Source: Candidatus Altimarinota bacterium (lineage in GTDB: Bacteria > Patescibacteriota > Gracilibacteria > CAIRYL01). From it: DNA of 64,000 nucleotides. A program made the translations under genes and the position numbers. Location: NCBI GenBank assembly GCA_965250085.1, contig OZ252287.1:544001-608000 (forward strand), read 5' to 3'. Every line of letters begins with the position of its first letter. Position 1 is the first letter of the stretch. Positions 1-9,881 of the stretch are shown here, piece after piece. The notes beneath the pieces were generated by a model. The model was not told the origin of the DNA. It was given only the letters and a program-made list of their open reading frames with translations, and did not search any database.

Positions 1-68
1 CCATCTCTGCCACACCAAATGGCTCCGTAGCTGCTCCTGTGAGTGTGGCTTTATCCTTGTAAATATTT

Positions 69-806
69 TTGAAATATATGACTTCTTTTTCTTTCTCATT
101 CCGTATTATTTTTTCATTCCTTATCCTCTTTGGAGCACTTTCCACATCTGGATATGCTGAGACGCAAAGGCAGTTTCTTTTGCAATGGCAATCGGAGCAT
201 GTGCGTGGATCTGGGTATCATGCGCCATACGCAAATTTTACGGTTCGTGATACAACAAAAAATATTGTGGTAGAAGGGCAAACAGATGCAAGCGGATACT
301 TTGAATTCCTTCTTCCTCCAGGAAAAGTAGACCTGGGAATCTCTCATACGTTTTTCTTCACTGCAACAAATCATTTAGGGAGAAGTATTTACAAAAGTGA
401 TGGTAGTGAGGACTCCATGAGTGCTTTTCTTCCAGGAGGGCTTGTTGCAGAGGGGCAAACAGCACCTGATTCGCAAGTACTTCTTAAAGACTCCTTCGGG
501 AACGTGATCAAAAGAGTACGGGCAGATGGCGATGGGTATTATGTCCTCACAAATGCTGAGCGCGATGCCAGTGTTGTATTTGAAGATGGGTCAGAAGTTC
601 CTTTCACTCCAGGAGAAATCCTGACAACATCAGATTTTGAAGGTGATCCCGAGCACACAAGTGCTCCAGAAATTCGAGACTCTCCTCTCAATCAAGATGG
701 AGAAAAGAATTTTCTCTTCCGATTTCTTTTGGGCAGTGTGGGGGTTCTTTTCCTCTTTCTCTTGTTTTTCTTTTTATACAAAAGACATCAACGTCACATG
801 TGGTAA
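69..806 (+). CDS. Secreted/membrane-anchored protein with carboxypeptidase-regulatory-like beta-sandwich repeats
   Basis: N-terminal signal peptide, two related 'GQTDASGYF'/'RADGDGYY' motifs, C-terminal TM helix followed by a basic tail. ATG at 78 is the likely start. Confidence 0.55.
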   Translation: MKYMTSFSFSFRIIFSFLILFGALSTSGYAETQRQFLLQWQSEHVRGSGYHAPYANFTVRDTTKNIVVEGQTDASGYFEFLLPPGKVDLGISHTFFFTATNHLGRSIYKSDGSEDSMSAFLPGGLVAEGQTAPDSQVLLKDSFGNVIKRVRADGDGYYVLTNAERDASVVFEDGSEVPFTPGEILTTSDFEGDPEHTSAPEIRDSPLNQDGEKNFLFRFLLGSVGVLFLFLLFFFLYKRHQRHMW

Positions 807-818
807 TCATATAAAAAT

Positions 819-3638
819 ATGAAATATTTTTTCCGACTTCTCCTCGGCTTCCTTTTTCTCTCCATTATTTTCGTGGGGGTAAATTTTGCTGCTGCGGAAG
901 GAGAAGTGTTGGAAGTTCGTATTCATAAAAATTCATTACAGGGAGATGAATACAATAGTCCTTCTGATCCTATTGCCGTGAATATTATAGATGATCTGGG
1001 CATCGGACTTGGTATTGGTGTGCGGGGAGGAGAGTATCCTGCTGGAAGCGGACAGTTTTTGCTTGATCCTACAAAAGGTCCTTTAGAGATTGTTGAAGAG
1101 AAAAATTGCATCTTTTCTTGGGCTGATAACTCTGGAAATCCTATTACTAAAGTAGCATCTATTCGTGAATACGCTCAGGGATCAAGCGGTGTCTTCGCTT
1201 CTCCTCCATTGCGCATACAGGAGGAGCGTATCAGTACCGACAAAGCACAAATTCAAAATTGTAAAGGAGGGGAAATTGAGTATGAAGCGCTTAAAAATGA
1301 GATAGAAAATCTCCCTGATAATCCATTTCGTATCTATCGAGAATATGTTTCTCTCCCCATCGATCCAGACCTTTTGGGAAAAGAGATTTCGATTTCTATT
1401 CTTGCCAACCCTGATGAAAACACTATTCAATCCATGGGAGAAAATCCTATCAATGGATTTCTATGTGCACTGAGCACAACAGATGAAAACACTGAAGAAA
1501 AAAGAGGGCTTTGTACACAAAAGATTATTCTTGATCCTTCAAGAGCAGAAAACGGAGTATTTCGAGTCGATCTGGTAATTCTTGCAGATAGCTCTGCTTC
1601 CATTGTGAGAAATAATATCGAAGAGACTCTTATTCAGGGCATTAATTCAGAGTTTAGTAATAGCGTTACTTTTGTTGGGAATTTTTTGATCAGATCTATC
1701 AGTCTTCTCGATTGGACACTCGCTATAGACGATACAGGATTTCGAAATGAAAAAATCACATCGGTGTATAAGAAATCACTCAATATAGTGAACGGATTTT
1801 TTATTCTTGCACTTCTTTCTATTGCCTTCTTATGGAATTTTTCTGTACTTGTTTCCCGTGATCGCCTTAAAAAAATAATGATCCTCTTTATTGTAGGTAT
1901 CATGAGTGTAAACTTTATGCTCCCTGTCACGAGATTACTCGTTGACGGGACTAATATTTTACAAAGATCGCTGCTGACAAAAGAAAATACTGATTTGTCC
2001 TCTCAGCGACAAATTTCTTCCTCGGATTTACTCTCTGTACAAGATCTGGATATTGGTGGTTTCATTGGACTCCAAAAATCATCATATATCGACAAAAACT
2101 ATCCTGAGGAAATTGGAGAGCAAGTCGACACAGACAAGCTCTCACAAAAATCAGATCTCTATATTGACCGATTTCAGGAAAACACTTGGTTTACCCTGGG
2201 GCTTGTATTTTTAGGAGCTTTGGGCCAATTTTTGATAACTCTGGTGCTTCTTTTCCGATATGTAATTTTGTGGTTTTTGCTTATTTTTTCTCCCTTCCTT
2301 CTCGTCCTTGCTCTTTTTAGCACCACTCGATTTTTATTTCGATACTGGATTTGGCTCTATGCACGTTGGCTTCTTATTGGACCCATACTCGCGTTGACAT
2401 TATTTGTGGTTGTAAATATCTGGTCACTCACTGGAGTCCCTCTTGAGAGTTCATATGCTGCTCCTAGTAGTCTGATATTTCCCAATACCACAAATCTCTA
2501 CGTAGCTGCGCCGGGCATTACCTCTGGATATCTCAATACACCACGAGAAATTACCAAGTATATTGGAGCTCTCATGATGCTTTATATGGCTATTATTCTT
2601 CCTTTTTGGCTCACGCGATATATTCCTGGCACAGCAGAATCTAAATTGAAGTCAAAGCTCTTTGGAAAACGTTCTGAGAAACGATCTTCTGAACTGTTGA
2701 GTGACCAAAAGAACAAAAAAAGTGAAGGTGCTTTTTCTGGAAATTCAGTCTTAGGGCTTCCTGGAAACATCACTTCTCTCTTGTCAGAACAAACCTCTCA
2801 ACCGTCATCTGAAAGTTCGCAAGTACAATCTTCTTCTCACAAGCAATCTTCAACAAAGACTGGAAATAAAGGTCCTCAAAGTGTGGATACGAAGGACCTT
2901 CTCAATACTCTTACTATTTTGAATGCTTCCAATGGTTTACAAAATACTTCAGCAGCCGAGAAATCCCGTTCAGAAGATCAAAAGGGAGCGCTCCTCAAAG
3001 AAATTGGAGTTCGGGCCAAAAGCGGAGATACTACTGCTCTTAATGCACTCAAAAAAATAGAAGCTGAATCAATTCAGCAAAATGCAACAGGAGATATTCG
3101 TATTTCCGATGACAAGAAAAAAACTCCTCAACACAAGAGCACTGTGGAACAAGCAAAATCTTCTGAGCATATTTCTATCGAAGAACAACGGAAAAAAGAT
3201 GATCGCAACCCCACTCAGCGAGCATTTGGAGATATGGACAAAGAAAAACTTCTGAAGGCTGAACAAGAAAAACAAAACACCCAAGAAAATATCAGAAAAA
3301 AACGTCACGAAAAAGCCAAAGACAAGCTTCTCCAAAAAAGCACCATAGCTCATGAAGCAGAAGAGTTTATCAAAAATAAAACATTGAATGATATACAAGA
3401 GGAGCATATCGTTCGCATTCATGAGGAAAACCAGAATCTCAAAACCATGAATACGAAAGAAATTGAGGAGAATATTTCATCTCATATAGAAAATAACGTA
3501 ACGCGTAACACCACAGAAAATACTATTGAGACAGATATTGACACAGATGTTCAGACACATTCTTCATCTCCAACGAACATTCCTCCTTCCACTCCTGAAC
3601 CTCTAGAGACCGATGATGATGAAGGAAAAGGAAAATAA
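819..3638 (+). CDS. Large multi-pass membrane protein, VirB6/TrbL-like type common in CPR
   Basis: Signal peptide, extracellular N-domain, cluster of TM helices ('VNFMLPVTRLLVD', 'RYVILWFLLIFSPF'), low-complexity charged C-tail. Confidence 0.5.
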   Translation: MKYFFRLLLGFLFLSIIFVGVNFAAAEGEVLEVRIHKNSLQGDEYNSPSDPIAVNIIDDLGIGLGIGVRGGEYPAGSGQFLLDPTKGPLEIVEEKNCIFSWADNSGNPITKVASIREYAQGSSGVFASPPLRIQEERISTDKAQIQNCKGGEIEYEALKNEIENLPDNPFRIYREYVSLPIDPDLLGKEISISILANPDENTIQSMGENPINGFLCALSTTDENTEEKRGLCTQKIILDPSRAENGVFRVDLVILADSSASIVRNNIEETLIQGINSEFSNSVTFVGNFLIRSISLLDWTLAIDDTGFRNEKITSVYKKSLNIVNGFFILALLSIAFLWNFSVLVSRDRLKKIMILFIVGIMSVNFMLPVTRLLVDGTNILQRSLLTKENTDLSSQRQISSSDLLSVQDLDIGGFIGLQKSSYIDKNYPEEIGEQVDTDKLSQKSDLYIDRFQENTWFTLGLVFLGALGQFLITLVLLFRYVILWFLLIFSPFLLVLALFSTTRFLFRYWIWLYARWLLIGPILALTLFVVVNIWSLTGVPLESSYAAPSSLIFPNTTNLYVAAPGITSGYLNTPREITKYIGALMMLYMAIILPFWLTRYIPGTAESKLKSKLFGKRSEKRSSELLSDQKNKKSEGAFSGNSVLGLPGNITSLLSEQTSQPSSESSQVQSSSHKQSSTKTGNKGPQSVDTKDLLNTLTILNASNGLQNTSAAEKSRSEDQKGALLKEIGVRAKSGDTTALNALKKIEAESIQQNATGDIRISDDKKKTPQHKSTVEQAKSSEHISIEEQRKKDDRNPTQRAFGDMDKEKLLKAEQEKQNTQENIRKKRHEKAKDKLLQKSTIAHEAEEFIKNKTLNDIQEEHIVRIHEENQNLKTMNTKEIEENISSHIENNVTRNTTENTIETDIDTDVQTHSSSPTNIPPSTPEPLETDDDEGKGK

Positions 3639-3709
3639 AAAAGAATATTCAAAAACCTCTCTAGTTTTCGTACTCCTGATTACGTATTCATCGAATACTG
3701 ATCATTCTC

Positions 3710-4099
3710 CTACTTGAGGATCCAATGCGTAAGAGTATTCGCGACTGAAAGAAGCAGTGTTGCAATGATATACGCCACAATCCCATTTCCGACCATAAAG
3801 GTAATTCCAAATGCATCGGAAAGCAGATTATTAAAGAGGTACTGAGTAATAAATAAAATCACTGCATTAATAACAATCAGAAAAAGTCCCATGGAAAGAA
3901 ACGTGAGTGGCATGCTCACCAATTTAAGAAGCGGCCTGACAAAAGTATTCAAAAGTCCGAGTACAAGCCCTACAAGGGCAAATCCTAAAACACCATTGCT
4001 GATAGAAAATCCTTCATTCTGAAGAAAATATTGTACTACGTACAATGCTAAAGCATTTGCCGCTACAGATAAGACAATCCATTTGAGAAGTTTTCGCAT
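3710..4099 (-). CDS. Four-TM phage-holin-family membrane protein (YvlD/DUF360-like)
   Basis: 'LGLLNTFVRPLLKLVSMPLTFLSMGLFLIVINA' signature. Start moved to ATG 4099. Confidence 0.8.
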   Translation of the reverse strand: MRKLLKWIVLSVAANALALYVVQYFLQNEGFSISNGVLGFALVGLVLGLLNTFVRPLLKLVSMPLTFLSMGLFLIVINAVILFITQYLFNNLLSDAFGITFMVGNGIVAYIIATLLLSVANTLTHWILK

Positions 4100-4265
4100 A
4101 ACATGTGAGAAAAAGCTACACACAGTATGCTCGGAAGCAGTTTTATGATCAAGTGAAGAAAAATAGATAGCAAATATTATGTCTTTTCTTGGAGTTTTCA
4201 GAAGAAGAGCTCCTTGAATTTCACGTGAAAAAAAGGAACAATCTGTTCTGTTATTAAAAAACGAA

Positions 4266-5699
4266 ATGCACCACAACTACGAAGCCGTCATGGGACTTGA
4301 AATTCACGCAAGACTCAAGACAAAAACCAAAATGTTTTGCACTTGTTCTAATGATACTTGGAAAGCGAAGCCAAATACGCACATTTGTGATGTATGTGCA
4401 GGTTTCCCTGGAACGCTTCCCGTGATTAACGCTGAAGCAGTACATCTGGGAATCCTTACTGGCGTTGCGCTGGGGTGCACTATTCCCGAGTTTGCAAAGT
4501 TTGATCGTAAGAGCTATTTTTATCCAGATCTGCCTTCTGGATACCAAATCTCTCAGTATGATTTTCCTATTGCTCTAGACGGGAAAATACAGGTCTTCGT
4601 TGATGGAGAGAAAAAAAGCTTTGGTCTCACGAGACTGCATCTGGAAAACGATGCTGGAAAACTTACCCATGGTGGTCATAAGAGTTTCGTAGACCTCAAT
4701 CGTGCCGGTTCTCCTCTTATGGAAATGGTTACTGAGCCAGATTTCAGATCTCCTGAAGAGGCATCTGCTTTTTTGAAAGAAATACAAAGAATTTTGAGAA
4801 CCCTTGGCTCGTCAGATGCCGATATGGAGAAGGGAATGATGAGATGTGATGTGAATGTATCCGTGCGAAAAAAAGGGACAAAAGAATTTGGAACCAAGGT
4901 GGAGGTCAAAAATATGAATTCTTTTCGCAATATTGAAAAAGCTCTTTATTATGAAATAAACCGGCAAATACATGCCTCTGAAAATGGTGAGAAAATCATC
5001 CAAGAAACCAGAGGATGGCATGACGAAAAACAAGTAACACTCTCCCAGCGAGGAAAAGAAGAAGCCATGGATTATCGTTATTTTCCGGAACCAGATTTGC
5101 CTCCACTGACCTTTGATGCTCAGCAAATAAAAGAGTTGAAAGCTGAACTCCCAGAGCTTCCAAGTGAAAAAATGGAACGGTTTGAAACTGCATACGGGAT
5201 TTCATTGAATGATGCTGAAATTCTGGTAGCTGATCCGAGTGTCTGTACATTTTTTGAAGCAGTAGCACACAAATCAAAAAATCCAAAAAAGTCTGCCAAT
5301 TGGATGATCTCTGAAGTATTGGCAGTACTCAATGAAACTGGAAAAAATATTGATGAACTCCCCTTCTCTTCTGAAGATCTTGCCGATCTTATTCTCATGA
5401 TTGAGAGTGGGGAAATATCTGGAAAAATAGCAAAAGAAGTATTTGTCGAAATGAAAGAAAGAGGGGGTAATCCAGAAAAAATCGTCAAACAGAAAGGTCT
5501 TGCTCAAGTAAGCGATGCGAATGAAATAGAAGCAATATGCGCAGAAGTACTGAGTGAAAATAGCGCTCTTGTAGAGCAATATAAAGCAGGAAAAGACAAA
5601 CTCTTTGGTTCGTTTGTGGGGCAGGTGATGAAAAAAACAGGTGGCAAGGCCAATCCTCAAATAGTGAATGATATTCTTCAAAAACTTTTGAAATCCTGA
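4266..5699 (+). CDS. gatB: Asp/Glu-tRNA amidotransferase subunit B
   Basis: GLEIHARL, FDRKSYFYPDLP, DYRYFPEPDLPP, GQVMKKTGGKANP motifs. Confidence 0.98.
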   Translation: MHHNYEAVMGLEIHARLKTKTKMFCTCSNDTWKAKPNTHICDVCAGFPGTLPVINAEAVHLGILTGVALGCTIPEFAKFDRKSYFYPDLPSGYQISQYDFPIALDGKIQVFVDGEKKSFGLTRLHLENDAGKLTHGGHKSFVDLNRAGSPLMEMVTEPDFRSPEEASAFLKEIQRILRTLGSSDADMEKGMMRCDVNVSVRKKGTKEFGTKVEVKNMNSFRNIEKALYYEINRQIHASENGEKIIQETRGWHDEKQVTLSQRGKEEAMDYRYFPEPDLPPLTFDAQQIKELKAELPELPSEKMERFETAYGISLNDAEILVADPSVCTFFEAVAHKSKNPKKSANWMISEVLAVLNETGKNIDELPFSSEDLADLILMIESGEISGKIAKEVFVEMKERGGNPEKIVKQKGLAQVSDANEIEAICAEVLSENSALVEQYKAGKDKLFGSFVGQVMKKTGGKANPQIVNDILQKLLKS

Positions 5700-5806
5700 C
5701 CTTTGTCGTAATAAATTTTTTCAAGAATAAGAAAATATTAAATCTCTTCTTTTAATATTGCCTTTTTCCGTATTTCATGGTAAAAATTACTACCTAATTT
5801 TTTGGT

Positions 5807-8311
5807 ATGGTCTCTCCATCAGAATCCCCAAAAGAATTGCCTCTTTGCGCCCCCAGTCTCTTCACACGGATAGAAGGTGACAAAAATGGAGAATTTACGG
5901 ATTTTTTCCCTTTCTCAAGAGAAATAGCAGGGCTTTTAGATGCAATCTACTATGGAGAAACGGGGTATGCTCCTGAAGAAATTGATGATGCTATCAAAGA
6001 TCCTGAAATAGAACGTATTTACTCTGCTTTGAAGGAAGTGCCGGATACCCTCCTACAGGATCTTATGAAAACATTCTGCGAATTTATGGAAGAATCTGAC
6101 AATGAGCAAGATCCAGAGAAAAAATACATGCCTGATAAATACGCATATCTTCTCAGTCAGCACCCTGAGAGTACCATCGATCAAAAAGCTCAAATACTGG
6201 CACAGGATTTCAAAGCAACGTGCGCTTCGCCAGAACATCAGAATACATCCCATATTCTCTGGGCGGCAACTCAGGAAGTGCGAGAAAAAATAAATTTTAA
6301 GTTTGCAAAAGAGGAGTTTTTGGAAAGTGATGGAATTATAAAAAAAACAATCTTTATTATGGTGCAAGCGATAGCCGCTTGGGGTTTTCGTGAAATAAAT
6401 CGTGGATCAGGGCAGGATTATCAAACTCACAATATTGGTCTTGCTATCAACACTCTCTGCTCTTGTTTTTATGGTCAAACAATGCACGCAGCCGACATGG
6501 GACATGACATTCCCGAAGACCTTCATGCGAAGGGTCTCATGTTGTTGTTTTTACCAGTTCTTTTAAGTATATGGAAAGCCATGGACCTTTCTGGTGAAGA
6601 ACAAAGGCAGGGGAAAAACTATCTATTGACCTTGTATAGGAAGGTCAAAAATCTGGTCGATGGTCTCACAAAAGTTCGAAGAGAGACACGACAGGCGAGC
6701 TCAGCAGCAACATTTACAAAAATTATTCAATCTCATGCAGAGCCGATAAAAATACTTGGCGATAGATCTCATAATATGGACACCTTGCAAGGATTAAGTG
6801 TGGAAGCGCAAAAGAAAAACGCGACCGAAACATGGGAAGTATATGCTCCTATTGCTATAGCGAGGAAGTGGAAGAGCCCTGCTGAAAGACTGATCAGAAG
6901 ATCTCTTGAAATTCTAAATTCTGATTTTCTTGAAGAGGCATTGGCTCTTATTGAAGACAATCAAAAGCAATATATGCAACATCTTCATCAGATACATAAA
7001 AAGATACAAACAGAGCAGAGGGCGTCAGAAGAGATCATATCTGTTCGGTATATTCCAAAAGGAATTCTGGATCTTGTTGATGCTCGAATAATGCATCAAA
7101 AAACACCTGACAAATTGGTTGCTGCTGACATATCTGAAGAAAAGCTCAAAATACCTGTAGAAATTGTTCTGCTCACTCAAAATGAAGATAATTTTTCTGA
7201 AGTGAAAAACTGGATAACCAACACATTCTCTGGGAAAAAGAGTCCTGAAGAAGTGCAAGTATTATCTCATGGGCAGGGGATCAAGATCTATGTGCGTAAT
7301 AAAAAATATGGGGGAGATATGATCTTTCGCGTCAATACCATCGAGTCTGAGGCGCGATCACTCAGGGGAGCGTTGGCAAATAGTAATGGTATCCCTCGAG
7401 GAGTGCAGCTTGCAGAAAAATCATTTTTACAACGCGTACAATCTGGAGAAGATCCATTTAAAGTAGCACAAGAAGAGCTCAGTCGACCGTCTATAGTGGT
7501 ATATACGAGAGATGGGGATGCTTTGGAAGTTCCATTTGGCGCGTCCGTTCTCGATGTGGCATGCGAAATACATTCAGATCTCATGATAGGCTGTGAAGCC
7601 GCTAGAGTGCAACAGCATTGGGAAGGTGCTTCTTATCATATTCATCCACTTAATGAAGTCTCCAAAGGATCTCGAATTGAGATATTGCTTGCTTGTGAGA
7701 AACCAAGAAGCACACCGGAACTTTCTCAATGCAAACCCTCATGGATACCATTTCTCAGAACTGCAAAGGGAAGAGCGCATCTCAAAAAATTCTTTAAAAA
7801 ACAAATGACTGACATCCAGAAAAAAGAATTTGGGGAGGCGTATATAAAGGCTATCATGTCTGCTTTGCCTGATATTTTTTCAGAAGAAAACCCTTTATTG
7901 CAGTGTGTCAGAGGGAGTTTGAGAGCAGAAAAACATTATGGAAGACGAGATGCTACTGATGAAGAACTGATCAGATTAATAGGAAGTGGAGAAATAGATG
8001 TATTGCGGGTTGTTTCTTATCTCCAAGAATTTCAAGAAGATGGTAATTGGAAATTGCACATCCAAATACCAGATGCTCCCGGTACAGGTTTATGGATACG
8101 TAATGAGCTCGAAGCAGCTGATATTAATATTACAGGCGCCGTTGAAAAGTCTGGACATGACCCTAAAGGAGAAGGGGTATCGGTGCAAAACTATACCCTG
8201 AGTGTCCCTCAAGAGCTCTCTTCATATGAATTTCTTAAAATGATTCTTCGAATGCATGAGAAAGGGTACAATCCGGAGCTCCGAAAGGACAAACGCAAGA
8301 GCTTGCATTAG
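5807..8311 (+). CDS. Long RelA/SpoT homolog: HD hydrolase, degenerate synthetase region, TGS and ACT-like domains
   Basis: RGSGQDY..H, GHDIPED, LVDGLTK, GDRSHNMDTL, VYAPIA, and TGS 'VYTRDGDALEVPFGASVLDVACEIHS'. Synthetase motifs are not recognisable. Confidence 0.8.
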   Translation: MVSPSESPKELPLCAPSLFTRIEGDKNGEFTDFFPFSREIAGLLDAIYYGETGYAPEEIDDAIKDPEIERIYSALKEVPDTLLQDLMKTFCEFMEESDNEQDPEKKYMPDKYAYLLSQHPESTIDQKAQILAQDFKATCASPEHQNTSHILWAATQEVREKINFKFAKEEFLESDGIIKKTIFIMVQAIAAWGFREINRGSGQDYQTHNIGLAINTLCSCFYGQTMHAADMGHDIPEDLHAKGLMLLFLPVLLSIWKAMDLSGEEQRQGKNYLLTLYRKVKNLVDGLTKVRRETRQASSAATFTKIIQSHAEPIKILGDRSHNMDTLQGLSVEAQKKNATETWEVYAPIAIARKWKSPAERLIRRSLEILNSDFLEEALALIEDNQKQYMQHLHQIHKKIQTEQRASEEIISVRYIPKGILDLVDARIMHQKTPDKLVAADISEEKLKIPVEIVLLTQNEDNFSEVKNWITNTFSGKKSPEEVQVLSHGQGIKIYVRNKKYGGDMIFRVNTIESEARSLRGALANSNGIPRGVQLAEKSFLQRVQSGEDPFKVAQEELSRPSIVVYTRDGDALEVPFGASVLDVACEIHSDLMIGCEAARVQQHWEGASYHIHPLNEVSKGSRIEILLACEKPRSTPELSQCKPSWIPFLRTAKGRAHLKKFFKKQMTDIQKKEFGEAYIKAIMSALPDIFSEENPLLQCVRGSLRAEKHYGRRDATDEELIRLIGSGEIDVLRVVSYLQEFQEDGNWKLHIQIPDAPGTGLWIRNELEAADINITGAVEKSGHDPKGEGVSVQNYTLSVPQELSSYEFLKMILRMHEKGYNPELRKDKRKSLH

Positions 8312-8649
8312 TGAGTCATTTTTTCTGAGTTCCCGTCAGAATCTTCAGGTAATATTTGCAATCTCTGAAATGCAGATTGTATAATCTCAAATTCCTTCGC
8401 ATTTCTTTGTCGAATCCCAGCACACTTATCATTATGAAGTGCATATAGCACAAGATCTGTTCTCGCTTCTATAGCTTCACAATTCGGCTGTCCTGGTAAG
8501 AGCTTTGCTCCTGTAATCTCTGGATCTGTAAATACTTCTTCACTCAAATCATTAAGGGCACTGAGCTCAGTTATACTCAGACTTTCTAGTCTTAACTGGA
8601 TATCGTCATCGTAGGAATCAGCTAATGAAGGTACTGCATTTGGGAGCAT
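8308..8649 (-). CDS. Hypothetical acidic protein
   Basis: 113-aa ORF with ATG start filling the gap between the RSH gene and IS30. Confidence 0.55.
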   Translation of the reverse strand: MLPNAVPSLADSYDDDIQLRLESLSITELSALNDLSEEVFTDPEITGAKLLPGQPNCEAIEARTDLVLYALHNDKCAGIRQRNAKEFEIIQSAFQRLQILPEDSDGNSEKMTH

Positions 8650-8826
8650 GTTGATAGCGTTTAAATATCAGACTTCATTGTATCAAATAATACACTTTTA
8701 CGAAAGGAATCTTTATACTTTTTTTATAAATATTGTTTTTCGAGAATTATGAATATGAATAGGAGGACTTACCTCTTTTCTTCACTTAATATATTTTTTA
8801 TGTTAAAATATTATTCACGAACGTAT

Positions 8827-9870
8827 CCCGCATTCTGTGGTGAAGTGCACCACTTGGGATAAAAAGATATTAGAGATTGTTATAGAAGTCAAAGACATGG
8901 GTGGGAGTTCTAAAGCCGAGAACTTTCATGGGAGTGTTGTTAAGAGTATCAACAAAGGATTGTAACTGGTTTTGAGAGAAATTCTTGAGGTCAGCTTTCT
9001 TAGGGACAAATTTTCTAAGTTTTCCAATGGCGTTTTCTACAGAGCCTTTTTGCCAAGAAGAGTAGGGGTCACAAAAATAAATAGGGATTCTTAAGTCTTT
9101 ATATCTTGTGTTTTCTACACCGTTGTCCAAGGTAAGTGAGTATGCAGGGAGTTGGTGCAGAATGTCTCCAAATCCCTGCATGGATTCTCTGAGCCGAGAC
9201 ACCTTCTTCACGAATATTTTACGAGAGAGTCGTTCTCTAACGATGACAAGAGTTTGTGGGGAAGCTTTCTTGGGTCTGCCCATGGTATCTCCTTCGTAGT
9301 GTCCAAATCTTTTCTTCTGGTTGATATGCTGAGGTCTTTGGGCAATAAACACTCTATCTTTGATGATTTCATGCTTTGATTTCTTCTTTCTCCGTTTACG
9401 CTTCCTATATCTCTTGCGATAAAGAAGAGGACATAGGTCTTGTCCGTGTGCACTGTAGAGATATGTATAGATGGCATCTTTCCCAATACGAACTCTCTTC
9501 TCCAAGTACAGTACTCCTGCAATCTTCTCTGGTGACCATTTTAACAACATCTTTTCTCGCATATACTTCTCTATCTCTCATCATCCTCACGTACCTTCAT
9601 TCCTTGGTATTTACTAAATCTTCTTTTGTTCTGTGCTTTTTGATGAGCCTTACACGCATCGTATCCTCCTCTCTTCATCTTCCGCTTGAGCTCTCTGATG
9701 ATTGTAGAGTGACTCCTGTTCATCGCTTTGGCTATCGATCTCATCGAATACCCTTTGGAGTGGAGTATTAAGAGTTCTTGTCTCTCGCTCTTACTGAAGT
9801 GTTCATAGTTGTTCATGCACCTAGAGTATTAAATTCTTCCGAGGTGGTGCACTTCAAACTCGAATTGAGG
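8827..9870 (-). mobile_element. IS30-family element, copy 1 (1044 bp)
   Basis: Imperfect 27-bp terminal IRs sharing TGAAGTGCACCAC, 3-bp flanking duplication TAT, near-identical to 54619-55660. Confidence 0.95.
8870..9816 (-). pseudogene. IS30 transposase, frameshifted
   Basis: An extra TC dinucleotide at ~9574-9579 (CTATCTCTCATC vs CTATCTCATC in copy 2) splits it into 81-aa and 230-aa ORFs. Confidence 0.9.
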
Positions 9871-9881
9871 TATTTAAAAAA

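Noticed and set aside
3710-4099. Holin-family gene as evidence of a prophage
   Set aside because: This four-TM family is routinely chromosomal, and its neighbours are gatB and membrane proteins.
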